Source: Thermoproteota archaeon
GTDB taxonomy: Archaea > Korarchaeota > JAOZGF01 > JAOZFZ01
Assembly (NCBI GenBank): GCA_027492035.1
Contig: JAOZFT010000004.1
Location: 416,001 to 480,000 of the forward strand
Direction: 5' to 3'
Length of the DNA stretch: 64,000 bases
Below, piece by piece: positions 51,145-62,032 of the stretch (position 1 is its first letter; each line of letters opens with the position of its first letter). A program made the translations under genes and the position numbers. The notes below the pieces were generated by a model. The model searched no databases. It saw only the letters and a program-made list of their open reading frames with translations, and was not told the origin of the DNA.

Positions 51145-52290
51145 ATGAGAAAGGCAGTGACCTGTTTCTTAAAAACAAACTTCCACGACCATACCTTTTA
51201 CAAAACACAGTTAAACGAATTGAAGAAACTTGTTCAATCCCTGAATTACCAAGTAATTAATTCATTTACTCAAACGAGGAAATCCCCGAAATCTTCAACA
51301 CTCTTCGGTAAAGGCAAGGTAAAGGAACTGAGAAACTATGTTGAGAAAAACCAAGTTGAACTTGTTGTTTTCTACAACCTTTTAACTTCTAAACAGAAAT
51401 ACAATTTAGAAGTAGAGATAGGGAAAGAAGTAATTGATAGGTACGAATTAACTTTAAGAATATTTAACAAAATGGCTTCAGATCGCCTTTCTAAACTGCA
51501 GATTGAGTTAGCTTCCATAAAGAAACTTTTTCCGTACTATAAACTGAAAGCTTCACAGAAATATTTTAAAGAAAGACCTGGGTATATGGGGGGAGGGGAA
51601 TACATTTATCACAACGTGCTTTCCGGTTTAAGGAAACTGGAAAACAAAATAACTAAGGAAATAGAGGCTCACAAGGAAAGGAAAAAAGAAAGGATACTTA
51701 AAAGGAAAAGAAAGGGAACGAAAATAGTTTGTTTAGTAGGGTATTACAATGCAGGTAAAACAAGTATCTTCAATGCAATAACTAAGTGCAATAAACAAGT
51801 CAGCGACTTCCCTTTCACAACAATTGCAAGTAAATACTCAATGCGGTACAGTAAAGGAGAAAGTTTCCTTATTGTAGACACAATAGGATTTGTTTTAGAC
51901 ATTGACCCACAGCTCATATCCTCTTTTGAAATAAACTTACTTGATATGCAGCACGCTGATTTATTGCTTCATGTTATAGACGTAACTGACAATTTTGAAA
52001 CAATTAAATTGAAGTATGAAACAACAAACCGGATTTTGGATGAAATAGGGTTGAAGGAAAGGAGCCAAATCTATGTATTGAACAAAATAGATTTGCTGCC
52101 TCAGGAATTAATTGAAGAAAGAACAAAAAAATTAAAAAAGTTAATTAAGGGACGGATTTACGCGGTTTCTGCCCTTAAAAGGAAGAATTTGCAAGAATTG
52201 ATTGAAGGAATAATGCAAGTTCTTTACCGGAAGAGAAAAGAGAAACCTTTGGCGGTCGTGGCCAAAAACTTTCGAAATCAACCTGTGTAA
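51145..52290 (+). CDS. hflX: GTPase HflX
   Basis: GKGKVKEL, VIDR, KLQIELA, GYYNAGKTS, DTIGF, NKID, SA. Confidence 0.9.
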   Translation: MRKAVTCFLKTNFHDHTFYKTQLNELKKLVQSLNYQVINSFTQTRKSPKSSTLFGKGKVKELRNYVEKNQVELVVFYNLLTSKQKYNLEVEIGKEVIDRYELTLRIFNKMASDRLSKLQIELASIKKLFPYYKLKASQKYFKERPGYMGGGEYIYHNVLSGLRKLENKITKEIEAHKERKKERILKRKRKGTKIVCLVGYYNAGKTSIFNAITKCNKQVSDFPFTTIASKYSMRYSKGESFLIVDTIGFVLDIDPQLISSFEINLLDMQHADLLLHVIDVTDNFETIKLKYETTNRILDEIGLKERSQIYVLNKIDLLPQELIEERTKKLKKLIKGRIYAVSALKRKNLQELIEGIMQVLYRKRKEKPLAVVAKNFRNQPV

Positions 52291-52325
52291 TGCTGGCCTT
52301 TCCAGAAATTTTAGATTATGTAGTT

Positions 52326-53648
52326 TCAACTGCCTCCCTCTCTCGTTAATAGGTCTTCAGCTGTCGCTTGGCCCTTCTCAAGAATTTCTTGTTCATTTAG
52401 TTTGGTGAATTCCCTGTTCTCCAGCAGAATTTCCCCGTCCACCATCACAGTAGTCACTTCACTACCCTTAACCGAGTAAACTATTTGTGAAATGATGTTG
52501 TGGACTGGAGTTAAACTCGGCTTGTCCAAGTCTAATATAATAAGGTCTGCTTTGCTGCCCTTTTCCAAAGAACCCACTTTTTTTAGCGATAAAGCCTCTG
52601 CACCTTTTAGAGTTGCAAGTTCCAAAACTTTCCAAGCAGGTAAAACTGTAGGGTTTAAGAAATACCCCTTATGGATTAAGGCAGTTACTTTCATTGTCTC
52701 AAACATGTTGAGAGAGTTATTGCTAGCTGCTCCATCTGTTCCTAAACTCACTGTTACTTCCTTGTTTAACATTTTAGGGATAGGTGCGAAACCGGAAGCT
52801 AACTTTAAATTGCTTACAGGGTTATGTGAAACCTTCACCCCCCTCCTTTTTAATGTGTTAATTTCTTCTTCAGTCACCCAAACCACATGTGCAGCTAATG
52901 TTTTCTTCCCTAAGATCTTTAACTTATCTAGGTATCCTACTACTCCCTCTGAGCCTATCTTTACGTGGAAAGCCTTTTTTATTTTTCCTATTTCATCCTT
53001 TGTCTCAGCAACATGAATATGTACTCCCACATTATATTCTTCAGCTAGTGCAGTTACTTCCTCCAAGAACTTAGGTGAACAAGTGTAGGGGGAATGTGGC
53101 CCCAAAAAAACTTTAAGTCTACCGTTTAAAGCCCCGTTAAATTTCTTTATTATTCTTTCAGACTCCTTTAACTCCTTTTTACCCTTTTCTTCCGAACCTA
53201 ACTCGATCATTCCGTGAGAAATAACAGCTCTCAACCCTGTTTCTTTAACAGCCTTCACTACTTCATCCATGAAAAAGTACATATCTGAAAAGGTGGTTGT
53301 TCCTGTTTTTATCATTTCTAAACAAGCAAGTAAAGTACCAATGTATACATCGCTGCCTTTCAATTTAGCTTCCAAAGGCCATATTTTCTTAGTTAACCAT
53401 AGATTAAGTTCCATATCATCAGCGTAGCCCCTGAACAAGGTCATAGCTGCGTGAGTGTGGGTGTTTATTAAACCAGGCATGATTACTTTCCTTTCACCCC
53501 CTAACTTCTCATACCCTCCATACCTCCTTCTCAACTGTGAAAAATCACCTACCTCAATTACTCTATCTCCTTCAACCACTAACCCTCCATCCTTAACTAT
53601 TTTTTTAGGTGTTACAATTAAATATTTCCCATGAATAAGGTACTCCAT
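52326..53648 (-). CDS. Amidohydrolase, MTA/SAH/5'-deoxyadenosine deaminase family
   Basis: PGLINTHTH, PHSPYTCS, HVAET, AHVVW, NPVSNLKLASG, GTDGAASNN; divergent from ahcY. Confidence 0.88.
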   Translation of the reverse strand: MEYLIHGKYLIVTPKKIVKDGGLVVEGDRVIEVGDFSQLRRRYGGYEKLGGERKVIMPGLINTHTHAAMTLFRGYADDMELNLWLTKKIWPLEAKLKGSDVYIGTLLACLEMIKTGTTTFSDMYFFMDEVVKAVKETGLRAVISHGMIELGSEEKGKKELKESERIIKKFNGALNGRLKVFLGPHSPYTCSPKFLEEVTALAEEYNVGVHIHVAETKDEIGKIKKAFHVKIGSEGVVGYLDKLKILGKKTLAAHVVWVTEEEINTLKRRGVKVSHNPVSNLKLASGFAPIPKMLNKEVTVSLGTDGAASNNSLNMFETMKVTALIHKGYFLNPTVLPAWKVLELATLKGAEALSLKKVGSLEKGSKADLIILDLDKPSLTPVHNIISQIVYSVKGSEVTTVMVDGEILLENREFTKLNEQEILEKGQATAEDLLTREGGS

Positions 53649-53735
53649 CCCCTTCACCTTGTTATGAAATTCTCTCGACAAAAAAGAGAATTAATTAAAA
53701 TCTTTTTCAAACTTTTCTTAAAAGGTGAAAAATTA

Positions 53736-55010
53736 ATGAAGAGTTTAGTCAAAGACATGAACTTAAAAAGGAAAGGAAAAATTAAAATTGAATGGGCAGA
53801 AAACTTTATGCCTACCTTGAAAAGGATTTCTGAAAATTTGAAAAAGGAAAAGCCTTTTAAAAGTTTAAGAGTAGGGATGGCTCTACATTTAGAGGCAAAG
53901 ACAGCAGTTTTGGTGAAAACTCTCCACGAAGGAGGAGCTGAAGTATACATAACTGGATGCAACCCGGAAACAACTCAAGATGACGTGGCGGCAGCAACCA
54001 CTGAATTTGCACATGTCTATGCTTGGAGAGGAGAAACAAAAGAGGAGTACTATGAAAATTTAAACAGAGTCTTAGATAATAAACCGCACATAATTATTGA
54101 TGACGGTGCAGATTTAATGGTGCTTTTACATACTGAAAGAAAGGAATTGCTTGACCTAGTTATTGGAGGATGCGAAGAGACGACGACAGGAGTAAAAAGG
54201 TTAAGGAATATGGAGAAAAGAGGAGTCTTGAGGTTTCCGGTGATAGATGTGAATGATGCTTATATGAAACATCTCTTTGACAACCGGTACGGGACAGGTG
54301 AGTCTGCCCTATTTGGTGTATTAAATGCTACAAATTTAACATTAGCCGGTAAAAATGTTGTGGTTGCAGGCTATGGTTGGTGTGGGAGAGGAATAGCTTT
54401 AAGGGCTAAGGGGTTAGGAGCTAAAGTGACGGTTACGGAAGTTGACCCAATTAAAGCTGTCGAAGCCTACATGGACGGTTTCAATGTTTCGCGCCTTATT
54501 GACGCCGTTAAAACAGCAGATATAGTGATAACTGCTACTGGAGTTAAAAAAATTGTTAAAGAGGAACATTTTAAGGCTGCAAAAAATAACTGTATATTCG
54601 CTAATGCAGGCCATTTCAATGTTGAAATATGGATTCCGGACTTGGAGAAAATGGCTAAAGAAAAGAGGAAGATCAGGTATTTTGGGTTACCTTATAACGA
54701 TTTTCTTGTTGAAGAGTATGTTTTAAAGGATGGGAAGAAACTTTACTTACTTGGTAAAGGGAGGTTGGTGAACTTGGTTTGTGGGCAAGGGCATGCGACA
54801 GAAATAATGGATATGAGCTTCAGTTTACAGGCTGAATCAACTAAGTATCTAGTGTTAAACAAAGGGAAATTAGAGAAAAAGGTTTATTCTGTACCTAAAG
54901 AAATAGATGAGGCCGTTGCAAGGTTTAAGCTTGAAGCACTCAACATCAAAATAGATGAATTGACGCAGGAGCAAATGAGGTACATTAATGAATTCCTTTT
55001 GGGAACTTAA
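53736..55010 (+). CDS. ahcY: Adenosylhomocysteinase
   Basis: LHLEAKT, DDGAD, EETTTG, KHLFDNRYGTG, GYGWCGRG, NAGHF, GRLVNL. Confidence 0.97.
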   Translation: MKSLVKDMNLKRKGKIKIEWAENFMPTLKRISENLKKEKPFKSLRVGMALHLEAKTAVLVKTLHEGGAEVYITGCNPETTQDDVAAATTEFAHVYAWRGETKEEYYENLNRVLDNKPHIIIDDGADLMVLLHTERKELLDLVIGGCEETTTGVKRLRNMEKRGVLRFPVIDVNDAYMKHLFDNRYGTGESALFGVLNATNLTLAGKNVVVAGYGWCGRGIALRAKGLGAKVTVTEVDPIKAVEAYMDGFNVSRLIDAVKTADIVITATGVKKIVKEEHFKAAKNNCIFANAGHFNVEIWIPDLEKMAKEKRKIRYFGLPYNDFLVEEYVLKDGKKLYLLGKGRLVNLVCGQGHATEIMDMSFSLQAESTKYLVLNKGKLEKKVYSVPKEIDEAVARFKLEALNIKIDELTQEQMRYINEFLLGT

Positions 55011-55052
55011 AATTTTATTAAACTTCTTTAAGTTCCTTCCTTCTCTCCTTTC

Positions 55053-56711
55053 CTAAACAGTCAATGTTTTTGTTAAGTAAATTTCTGCAGCTGATACAGG
55101 TTGTGTTAGTTCAAAGTTTTCTAGAACTTGAGGGTGAATTTCTCCTAAGTACCCTATACTTTTTTCACCCTCTAAAATTTCAGCTGTCCTACCTTCCAGG
55201 AAGGGAGGACGATTTTTTTCCTTTACTTCCCATCTCTTATTTAATATTTGTGAAAGGGTTTCTAACACTGCTTTTGCGTCTGTGTAGGTTGTTTCAGGTG
55301 AAGATATTAAATATGCAATATTTATTTCTTCACTAACTCCTGTTTCAGCTCCTTCGTCAGGTTTAATTACATACCCTATCTCAAAAATTTTCTGGGGATA
55401 CTCATATCTTTTATTGTACTTAAGCACTTCAAGAAGTGAAGGAAGTAAAGTGTCTCTCAAAACATTATATTCAAGTGAAACAGGGTTTTCTATTTCGACA
55501 AGTTTTCTTTTTGGTAAAAGCATTTTCGCTGTTAATGTCTCAGAACTTGATTGAAGGAAAGTTAAGCATTCTATAAAACCCATTCCTGTCATTAACCTCC
55601 TCAACTCATTTATTTTCTCAATCTGTCGGTTTCTTTGAGGCGAAGTGAAAATCTTAGGTATTCTTAATTGAAACTTGTCGTAACCGTAGGTGATAGCTAA
55701 ATCTTCAACGATGTCTATTTGATGCATTATGTCTGTTCTATAAGCTGGGACCAAAACTTCAATGTGGTTTTCAGTTACTCTTTCAACTCCAAATCTGGAT
55801 TTTAGTAGTAACTTAATTATTTCTTCTTTTGAAAGAGTTACACCAAGTATTTTTTGGACATAATTAACATTTAATGTTACTTTTTCAGGTGTTAAATTAG
55901 GGAGCCATTTACTTGCTTTTGGATAAATCACTTCTACGCTTTCAATGGTTGCTCCTCTTTCAGCAAACATTGTACAGAGAATGTTCAAGGCTTTGTTTAC
56001 AGCTCTGAAGCTTGTTCCGGTTACATCTATAAAAAGATTGGTTGTTTTTTCAGTGACTTCTGTCAATGTTGAATTTATTATCGGGGGGAAGGATAAAACT
56101 CTATCCATTTTATCAATTATTAACGGGTATTTTTCTTTCCCTTCCAAAATATAACCGTAAGTTCTTCCTTTTTCATTTTCTTTAAGTATCTGCTTCAGAG
56201 TCATCTCTCTTTCCTCATGTAGAGGAGTGAATGAGTATTGTTCAGGATCTGCTGGAATGTATGAAAAAGGAGGTTCAACTTTGTCTAAGTCATGTAAACC
56301 TATAGCCACTTTTCTCCTCTTTCTTCCATGTGTGTCATGGATTTTCTCCTGAATTTGCATTATTTGTTTGACAAAGTTGTCAGTTAATTCTAAGTCTCTC
56401 ACCACCCCTGCAGCAATGTAAGGTCTCACTTCAGCCATTCCTTCTCCTACCTTCACTTGTACATATCCCCTCTCGACTGTATAGTTAGGCAGTCCTCTTT
56501 CAATGTTTAATAGCCCCCTTAAGTTTCTAGCTAACCCTTCAACCGACAACATATCGGGTCTATTTGGAAACACTTCAATATCTAGTTCTGACTCATGTTC
56601 CCTTTCTATGGGTGTTCCCTGCATAGCTAACCAGTAAATTAAGTTTTTCCTTGTTAATTTAACCCCTAATAAATTGTATAAATCTTCCTCATTTACTGTT
56701 ATCACAGCCAT
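55053..56711 (-). CDS. pheT: Phenylalanine--tRNA ligase beta subunit
   Basis: PNRPDMLSVEG, VRPYI, QEKIH..GRKR, SFPPIINS, YRTDIMH, GEIHP. Confidence 0.96.
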   Translation of the reverse strand: MAVITVNEEDLYNLLGVKLTRKNLIYWLAMQGTPIEREHESELDIEVFPNRPDMLSVEGLARNLRGLLNIERGLPNYTVERGYVQVKVGEGMAEVRPYIAAGVVRDLELTDNFVKQIMQIQEKIHDTHGRKRRKVAIGLHDLDKVEPPFSYIPADPEQYSFTPLHEEREMTLKQILKENEKGRTYGYILEGKEKYPLIIDKMDRVLSFPPIINSTLTEVTEKTTNLFIDVTGTSFRAVNKALNILCTMFAERGATIESVEVIYPKASKWLPNLTPEKVTLNVNYVQKILGVTLSKEEIIKLLLKSRFGVERVTENHIEVLVPAYRTDIMHQIDIVEDLAITYGYDKFQLRIPKIFTSPQRNRQIEKINELRRLMTGMGFIECLTFLQSSSETLTAKMLLPKRKLVEIENPVSLEYNVLRDTLLPSLLEVLKYNKRYEYPQKIFEIGYVIKPDEGAETGVSEEINIAYLISSPETTYTDAKAVLETLSQILNKRWEVKEKNRPPFLEGRTAEILEGEKSIGYLGEIHPQVLENFELTQPVSAAEIYLTKTLTV

Positions 56712-56729
56712 TGAAGCCACCAACAATTT

Positions 56730-58304
56730 CTAGATAGGGTAGGTTCTCAACCACTTAATGTCGTTGAAGTAAGGGAATCTTATGTCCCCTAAATTATATT
56801 TCCTCATCGTTAAGCGATCAAGCCCTAAACCCCAAGCTAGGACAGGTATATCTTTCCCAAGCAGCGGAACCACTACTTCTGGCCTAAATATGCCTGCCCC
56901 ACCTAACTCAATCCATTCTCCTCTTTCAGGGTCGTAAACTTCAGGTTCTACTGACAATTCGGTGTAAGGGAAGTAACCAGGCCTATATCTGGTTTTTGTG
57001 AAACCTAATCTTGAAAAATACTCATTTAAGTAACCTAACAAGTCCCTAAAGGTAACTGATTCACTTACAACTATTCCTTCCACTTGGTAAAACTCATGTA
57101 AATGGGTTGGATCCAAGTTTTCACGCCTAAAAACCTTCCCTATTGAAAAAATTTTCGCTGGAGGTTTAATTTTAGTTAAGAAACGTGCGGAGACGCTTGT
57201 AGTGTGGGTTCTTAAAACGATTTTTTTGGCTTCGCTTAAACTCCACTTATATCTCCAACCTGAAGAACCTGTTACCCATCCATTTTCATGGGTCTCTTTA
57301 ACCTTTTTAATGAGTTGTCTTGGAGGCATTTTCTTCGTTTCAATGTTTTTTATGTATAATGTATCAGCTAATTCACGGGCTGGATGATCTTGAGGCTGGT
57401 AAAGAGCATCAAAACACCAGAAAGCAAGCTCCACTATAGGACCTATGGCTTCGGTGAAACCCATATCAAACCAGATTTCTCTGATTTTATCTGCAATTGA
57501 AAGGGTTGGGTGCAATCTACCTACCGCTGTAGGTGCAACAGGTGCGTAAACGTCGTACTTTTTCAGGGTGACTTCACGCCATTTACCAGTTTCTATAAGT
57601 CCAGGGGTTAGGTTTGAAACTGTTATTTTAAGAGGAATCTCATAATTAAGTAATTCTTTACCGAAAGAAGTTAGCTCAGCCCTCTCCTCCACAACTTCCT
57701 TCGTCACTAAAAGATTTCTTCTCTTCAAGGTTTTAATTAGTTCTTCTTCATTCTTTATGCCTAAAGGTAATTCAACCCATGTACCTTTCCTCCATAAGGT
57801 CTTAAGCACTGTTTCCTCAGGGAAAAACGGAAGAAATTCACTACCTCCATTCTTAAGCCTGACAAATGGTTCGTTGTTTCTCTTGACAATTTCTATCAGC
57901 CCTTTCCTTTTTAACCAACCTAATGACCTATTAAGTTCAACTGTGTTCTGGTCCAGGAAGTTTTTCAGTTCATCTAAAGATGCTTCACCACCAATTTTCT
58001 TTAGGTGCTCCAGCAACTTCTTTTCAGGTAAGTGTGTTTCAGCATACTTTATTCCTTCTCCTGTTAATTTAGCCTTCTTTATTCTTTCTTTGTGTAAGGT
58101 GATTATTCCATATTTTTGCAACCTAAGTAAACCTCTAACCACCGCAGATCTATCCATTTTCAATGTTTCAACTAATAAAGAAGTTGTTAAAGTATGTGGT
58201 TGTTGTTTAAAGGCTAAAAGAATTTTTTTATCTTGTAAGGAGAACTTCTCTCTAATTTCCTTTAAAACTTGTTTTAAATCAACCTCTAAATTATCCCTAT
58301 ACAA
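56730..58304 (-). CDS. pheS: Phenylalanine--tRNA ligase alpha subunit
   Basis: FDALYQPQDHPAR, LRTHTT, FRRE, EFYQVEG, FPYTE, GAGIFRPE, AWGLG. Confidence 0.97.
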   Translation of the reverse strand: MYRDNLEVDLKQVLKEIREKFSLQDKKILLAFKQQPHTLTTSLLVETLKMDRSAVVRGLLRLQKYGIITLHKERIKKAKLTGEGIKYAETHLPEKKLLEHLKKIGGEASLDELKNFLDQNTVELNRSLGWLKRKGLIEIVKRNNEPFVRLKNGGSEFLPFFPEETVLKTLWRKGTWVELPLGIKNEEELIKTLKRRNLLVTKEVVEERAELTSFGKELLNYEIPLKITVSNLTPGLIETGKWREVTLKKYDVYAPVAPTAVGRLHPTLSIADKIREIWFDMGFTEAIGPIVELAFWCFDALYQPQDHPARELADTLYIKNIETKKMPPRQLIKKVKETHENGWVTGSSGWRYKWSLSEAKKIVLRTHTTSVSARFLTKIKPPAKIFSIGKVFRRENLDPTHLHEFYQVEGIVVSESVTFRDLLGYLNEYFSRLGFTKTRYRPGYFPYTELSVEPEVYDPERGEWIELGGAGIFRPEVVVPLLGKDIPVLAWGLGLDRLTMRKYNLGDIRFPYFNDIKWLRTYPI

Positions 58305-58544
58305 AGAAAACAGCCCTCCTTAACTTAGGTTTCTGAAGAAAAATATTCTGGTGAAGAAAAGGTGTTCTTAACTGCTTGTCTTAAGTTCATGGTTCTTATC
58401 ATGTTTAAGTAAATTGGCAGAGCATCACATCCACCGAAAAAGGAAGTATAATGTCTCCTTTAAAACATTAAATTTAAGGAGGAAATGGTTAAGTGGAAGG
58501 ATATTTATATCTTTAGGTTTTTCTAAGAAAAAGGGCGATCTGTT

Positions 58545-59474
58545 GTGAAAAAAATAGACTTGATTTCGGTAGGGAACTTAAACGTCGATATTACCTTGAA
58601 AGTTGATAAGTTCCCTGAACCTGACCAAGAAATAGAAATTAATTCTTCTTTAATTTCTCCTGGGGGATCGGCTTCAAACACCGCTGTTGCTGCATCAAGG
58701 TTAGGGTTGTCGGTTGGTTTCATAGGGAAAGTGGGAGACGATTTGATGGGTATCATGGCGTTGGAGGACTTAAAAAGAGAAAGAATAGATATTAGTCAAG
58801 TTAAAAAATTGAAGGGTATAGCTACAGGTTTAGTGGTTGTTTTTGTTTTTCCAGATGGACAGAGGGCCATGATTGCAAATCATGGTGCTAACTTACATAT
58901 GGAGAAAAATGACCTAGAAAGTGAGTTTATAAAAGTAAGTGAGGCAGTTCATGTTGGAGGAGGGAAAATTGAAGTTGCTGAGGAAGCTTTGAAAATAGCT
59001 AAGGAACAGGGTAAGTTAACTTCCTTTGACCCAGGTTCAGTTCTTTCCTCTCTAGGTTTAGAAAAACTAAAGAAAATTTTGGAGAATGCAGACTTGGTTT
59101 TCCTAAACAGGAAAGAGTTACGAGCCATAACAGGCTTTGGAGATGAAAGGGGTTTAAAGAAAATTTTAGAAGCTGATGTGAAGCTAGTTATTTTAAAAAT
59201 TGGTGAAGGTGGGTCCTTAGTTTTTAGTGAAGAAGGGAAAGTTGAAGCTAAGGCCTTCAGCGTCCCAGTTGTAGATACAACTGGAGCTGGAGACGCTTTC
59301 AATGCAGGTTTCTTAGCTTCATTTATAAAGGAAAGGGATGTTTTTAAAGCGTGCGTAGTTGGTAACGCTGTGGCCGCTTTAAAAATAACTGAAGTAGGAG
59401 CAAGATCCGGTTTACCTACTAAAAACGAACTTAACGAGTTTTTAAATAGTAAAGGATTTAAGTTCAACCTTTAA
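58545..59474 (+). CDS. PfkB/ribokinase family kinase
   Basis: PGGSASNTA, GKVGDD, FDPG, DTTGAGDAFNAG. Confidence 0.92.
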   Translation: MKKIDLISVGNLNVDITLKVDKFPEPDQEIEINSSLISPGGSASNTAVAASRLGLSVGFIGKVGDDLMGIMALEDLKRERIDISQVKKLKGIATGLVVVFVFPDGQRAMIANHGANLHMEKNDLESEFIKVSEAVHVGGGKIEVAEEALKIAKEQGKLTSFDPGSVLSSLGLEKLKKILENADLVFLNRKELRAITGFGDERGLKKILEADVKLVILKIGEGGSLVFSEEGKVEAKAFSVPVVDTTGAGDAFNAGFLASFIKERDVFKACVVGNAVAALKITEVGARSGLPTKNELNEFLNSKGFKFNL

Positions 59475-61244
59475 TTTATTAATTGCTTCTTCAATCTCTG
59501 TTTGCTGCTCTCTAAGTAACGTTTCTTTGTTTATCAAGAAGTAGAAAGGAATCTCATCTACTTTTTTGAAAGCAAACTCTGCAGTATAGTGTGTTTCCAG
59601 AAGAATAGAGTCTAGGTATGTTAGCCCTATTTCAGCCTCTCCACTCCTTACTGCTTGGTAAACAAAATGCTCATTTTTTAAAAAAATTTTCTTCGAGGTC
59701 TTAAAATCCTCCAAGAAACCAACTGGTAATGTGATTGAGGAAGGTAAGGCGATTACTTTACCCTTTCTTGAAAGTAAAGCAATGGACTCTTCTTTGAAAG
59801 TGAAAAGCACAATTTTCCTGTTAAATTTTCCCAAAACCTTTATTTCAGGACTTGTAGGTTTCTCCTTTGAGAAGGCGATGTGGCATTCATTTCGAAGTAA
59901 TGAATCTTTTGCGAAGAAACTTGAACCATAAATTTTCCTTAAATTAAAGGGGGCTAGTTCAGCCAGTTTTTCAGTAAATAAACTTTTCTCACCTATCAAT
60001 GTAATTTTTTCCCCTTCAAACCAAGGAAAAAGATTAACCTCAACTTTTTCTCCTCTATACAGTTGCTGGACTTCTCTTTTAACAAAAACATATCCATCAG
60101 CAAGAGAAAAAAGAGTTAAGTGGCCTGATATCCTCGACACCGGACACGCATAGGAACTATTCTTAAATTTAACAAGGTAAACATATAATATTTCATCCCT
60201 CTCAGGCCTCCTAAAAATTTTTCTTGAGAGCACAGCTGATTCTTTTCTTGTTTTTATTCTTTTACCTGAAAGTTTAGAAATGAAGGGAGCTGCTAACAAA
60301 CTGTAAATTGTGAAGGAAGAGGTTGGTTGCCCAGGTAACCCCAAAATTAATTTGTTTTCTTTTACAGCTACAATTGTGGGTTTACCTGGCTTAGAAGAAA
60401 GACCATGGATAAGTAATTCAGGTTTTATGAAAGATTCTACAGCCTTTAAAGTTACATCCCCTTCCCCTTTAGAGGAGCCTCCAATAACAAGGATCATGTC
60501 GCTACTGCCCCATATGTCGAGAAGGGTTTCGCCTAAAAAGTTTTCATTATCTTCCCTAACTGAGAAATACTTAACTTCTCCTCCTAAACTCTCTACTAAC
60601 GCTCCTAAGGTGTAAGAGTTTATATTGTATACTTTCCCTTCCGACAGCGGTTCCCCAGGTTCCAAAATTTCAGGTCCTGTCGACACAATGGCAACTCTTG
60701 GCTTCTTATAAACTTTCACTATTTTCCTTCCTATAGAAGCCAATAAACCTACCTCCACAGGCCCTATTTCAACTCCTTCACGTAAAACAAGTTCACCCTC
60801 ACTTATATCTGAACCAGCTTTCAAAATATTCTCTCCAGGATAAGTTGGGCGGAAAACACTGACTTCAGAGTCCTTAACTGAAGTGTACTCTACCATTACT
60901 ACGGAATCAGATCCTCTTGGTATCATTGACCCTGTTGCGACGTAAACACAAGTCTTAGGTTTCAAAGAGAAGAGGCATTTCTCACCTACATTTACTTTAC
61001 CTACCAACAACAACTTAACAGGGCTCTCTTCTTCAGCATTCAATGTATCTAAAGAACGTACAGCGTACCCGTCAACCGTAGATCTATTGAAGGGTGGAAC
61101 GTCGAAGGGAGAATAAATTTTTTCTGCTAACACTCTCCCAAAGGATTTCTCTAGGTTAATTTCTTCAACTTTCTTCTCCGCTGTAAGCTTGTTCCTTATT
61201 ATTTTCTTGCATTCGTCAATGGTTAAGAGCGAGAGAAACTTCAA
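59442..61244 (-). CDS. moeA: Molybdopterin molybdotransferase MoeA with degenerate C-terminal periplasmic-binding-like domain
   Basis: GRVLAE, PPFNRSTVDGYA, ATGSMIP, KPGKP, GLPGQP. Confidence 0.88.
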   Translation of the reverse strand: MKFLSLLTIDECKKIIRNKLTAEKKVEEINLEKSFGRVLAEKIYSPFDVPPFNRSTVDGYAVRSLDTLNAEEESPVKLLLVGKVNVGEKCLFSLKPKTCVYVATGSMIPRGSDSVVMVEYTSVKDSEVSVFRPTYPGENILKAGSDISEGELVLREGVEIGPVEVGLLASIGRKIVKVYKKPRVAIVSTGPEILEPGEPLSEGKVYNINSYTLGALVESLGGEVKYFSVREDNENFLGETLLDIWGSSDMILVIGGSSKGEGDVTLKAVESFIKPELLIHGLSSKPGKPTIVAVKENKLILGLPGQPTSSFTIYSLLAAPFISKLSGKRIKTRKESAVLSRKIFRRPERDEILYVYLVKFKNSSYACPVSRISGHLTLFSLADGYVFVKREVQQLYRGEKVEVNLFPWFEGEKITLIGEKSLFTEKLAELAPFNLRKIYGSSFFAKDSLLRNECHIAFSKEKPTSPEIKVLGKFNRKIVLFTFKEESIALLSRKGKVIALPSSITLPVGFLEDFKTSKKIFLKNEHFVYQAVRSGEAEIGLTYLDSILLETHYTAEFAFKKVDEIPFYFLINKETLLREQQTEIEEAINKLKVELKSFTI

Positions 61245-61263
61245 AAACTCATCACCTAAAGTC

Positions 61264-61932
61264 TTAATCTACAAATTGAAGTTCTCCTCTGTGCTTAGAG
61301 AAATTGAGTAGGAAATTGTTAAATTTAAAAATGGGTACGATAGAAACTCCGGAATACTTCTTTAAAACTTGCTCGAATGAAGTAACAAACACAGGAAACA
61401 CATTCACAGGTTTCGGGTTATCTTTCTCAAGGTAATTTTTTAACTGTTCCACTTTAAAATGGAAATTTGAAACTCCTTTCTTAACTGAACTAAGCCTGCT
61501 TTTCCTCCACACGCTCCAATGTTTACATTCTATAGCAAGAAAAACGTTTCTTCTTTTTCCTAGTACATCTATTTCATATTTTCTGTGGTTCCATTTAAAA
61601 AGGAAATGTTTCCTTGTTTCAAATGAAAACTTCTCCAAACCTGCAGCTACAATTTCTTCAAATTCTTTCCAAGTGAGGGAAAAAACAACATCCTCCTTTC
61701 TCTCACTTAAAGAGAAAAGTAGAACAGCTAATTTACTTCTTGAAAGAAATAAACTTTTTCCTTTATCTCTTAAAAATTTACTTTTTACTATTGATAACTC
61801 AAGTAATTTCTCAATAGTTTCATTTCCTACAGCTTTTAGCAAATCATGGTTCAACGGTTGGTTAGGTATCGAGAACTTTAAAAGTTTAAAACAGCCATCT
61901 AGGAAACGTTGGCGATTGAAACTAATACTCAT
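61264..61932 (-). CDS. PD-(D/E)xK nuclease (Mrr-like/NERD) domain protein
   Basis: WKEFEE...EIDVLG...IECKHW. Confidence 0.7.
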   Translation of the reverse strand: MSISFNRQRFLDGCFKLLKFSIPNQPLNHDLLKAVGNETIEKLLELSIVKSKFLRDKGKSLFLSRSKLAVLLFSLSERKEDVVFSLTWKEFEEIVAAGLEKFSFETRKHFLFKWNHRKYEIDVLGKRRNVFLAIECKHWSVWRKSRLSSVKKGVSNFHFKVEQLKNYLEKDNPKPVNVFPVFVTSFEQVLKKYSGVSIVPIFKFNNFLLNFSKHRGELQFVD

Positions 61933-62032
61933 TTAACTTGAACCTCTTTTAAAAGAAAGAAACTTCCCCAAAAAAAGTTAATATTAAAGTGGGTGTATAG
62001 CAATAAAAAATTAGCTTTACATGGGAAGGTAG

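Noticed and set aside
54665-54712. Short apparent insertion (YFGLPYN) with a hairpin in ahcY
   Set aside because: The only BHB-like register I found removes 28 nt and would shift the frame
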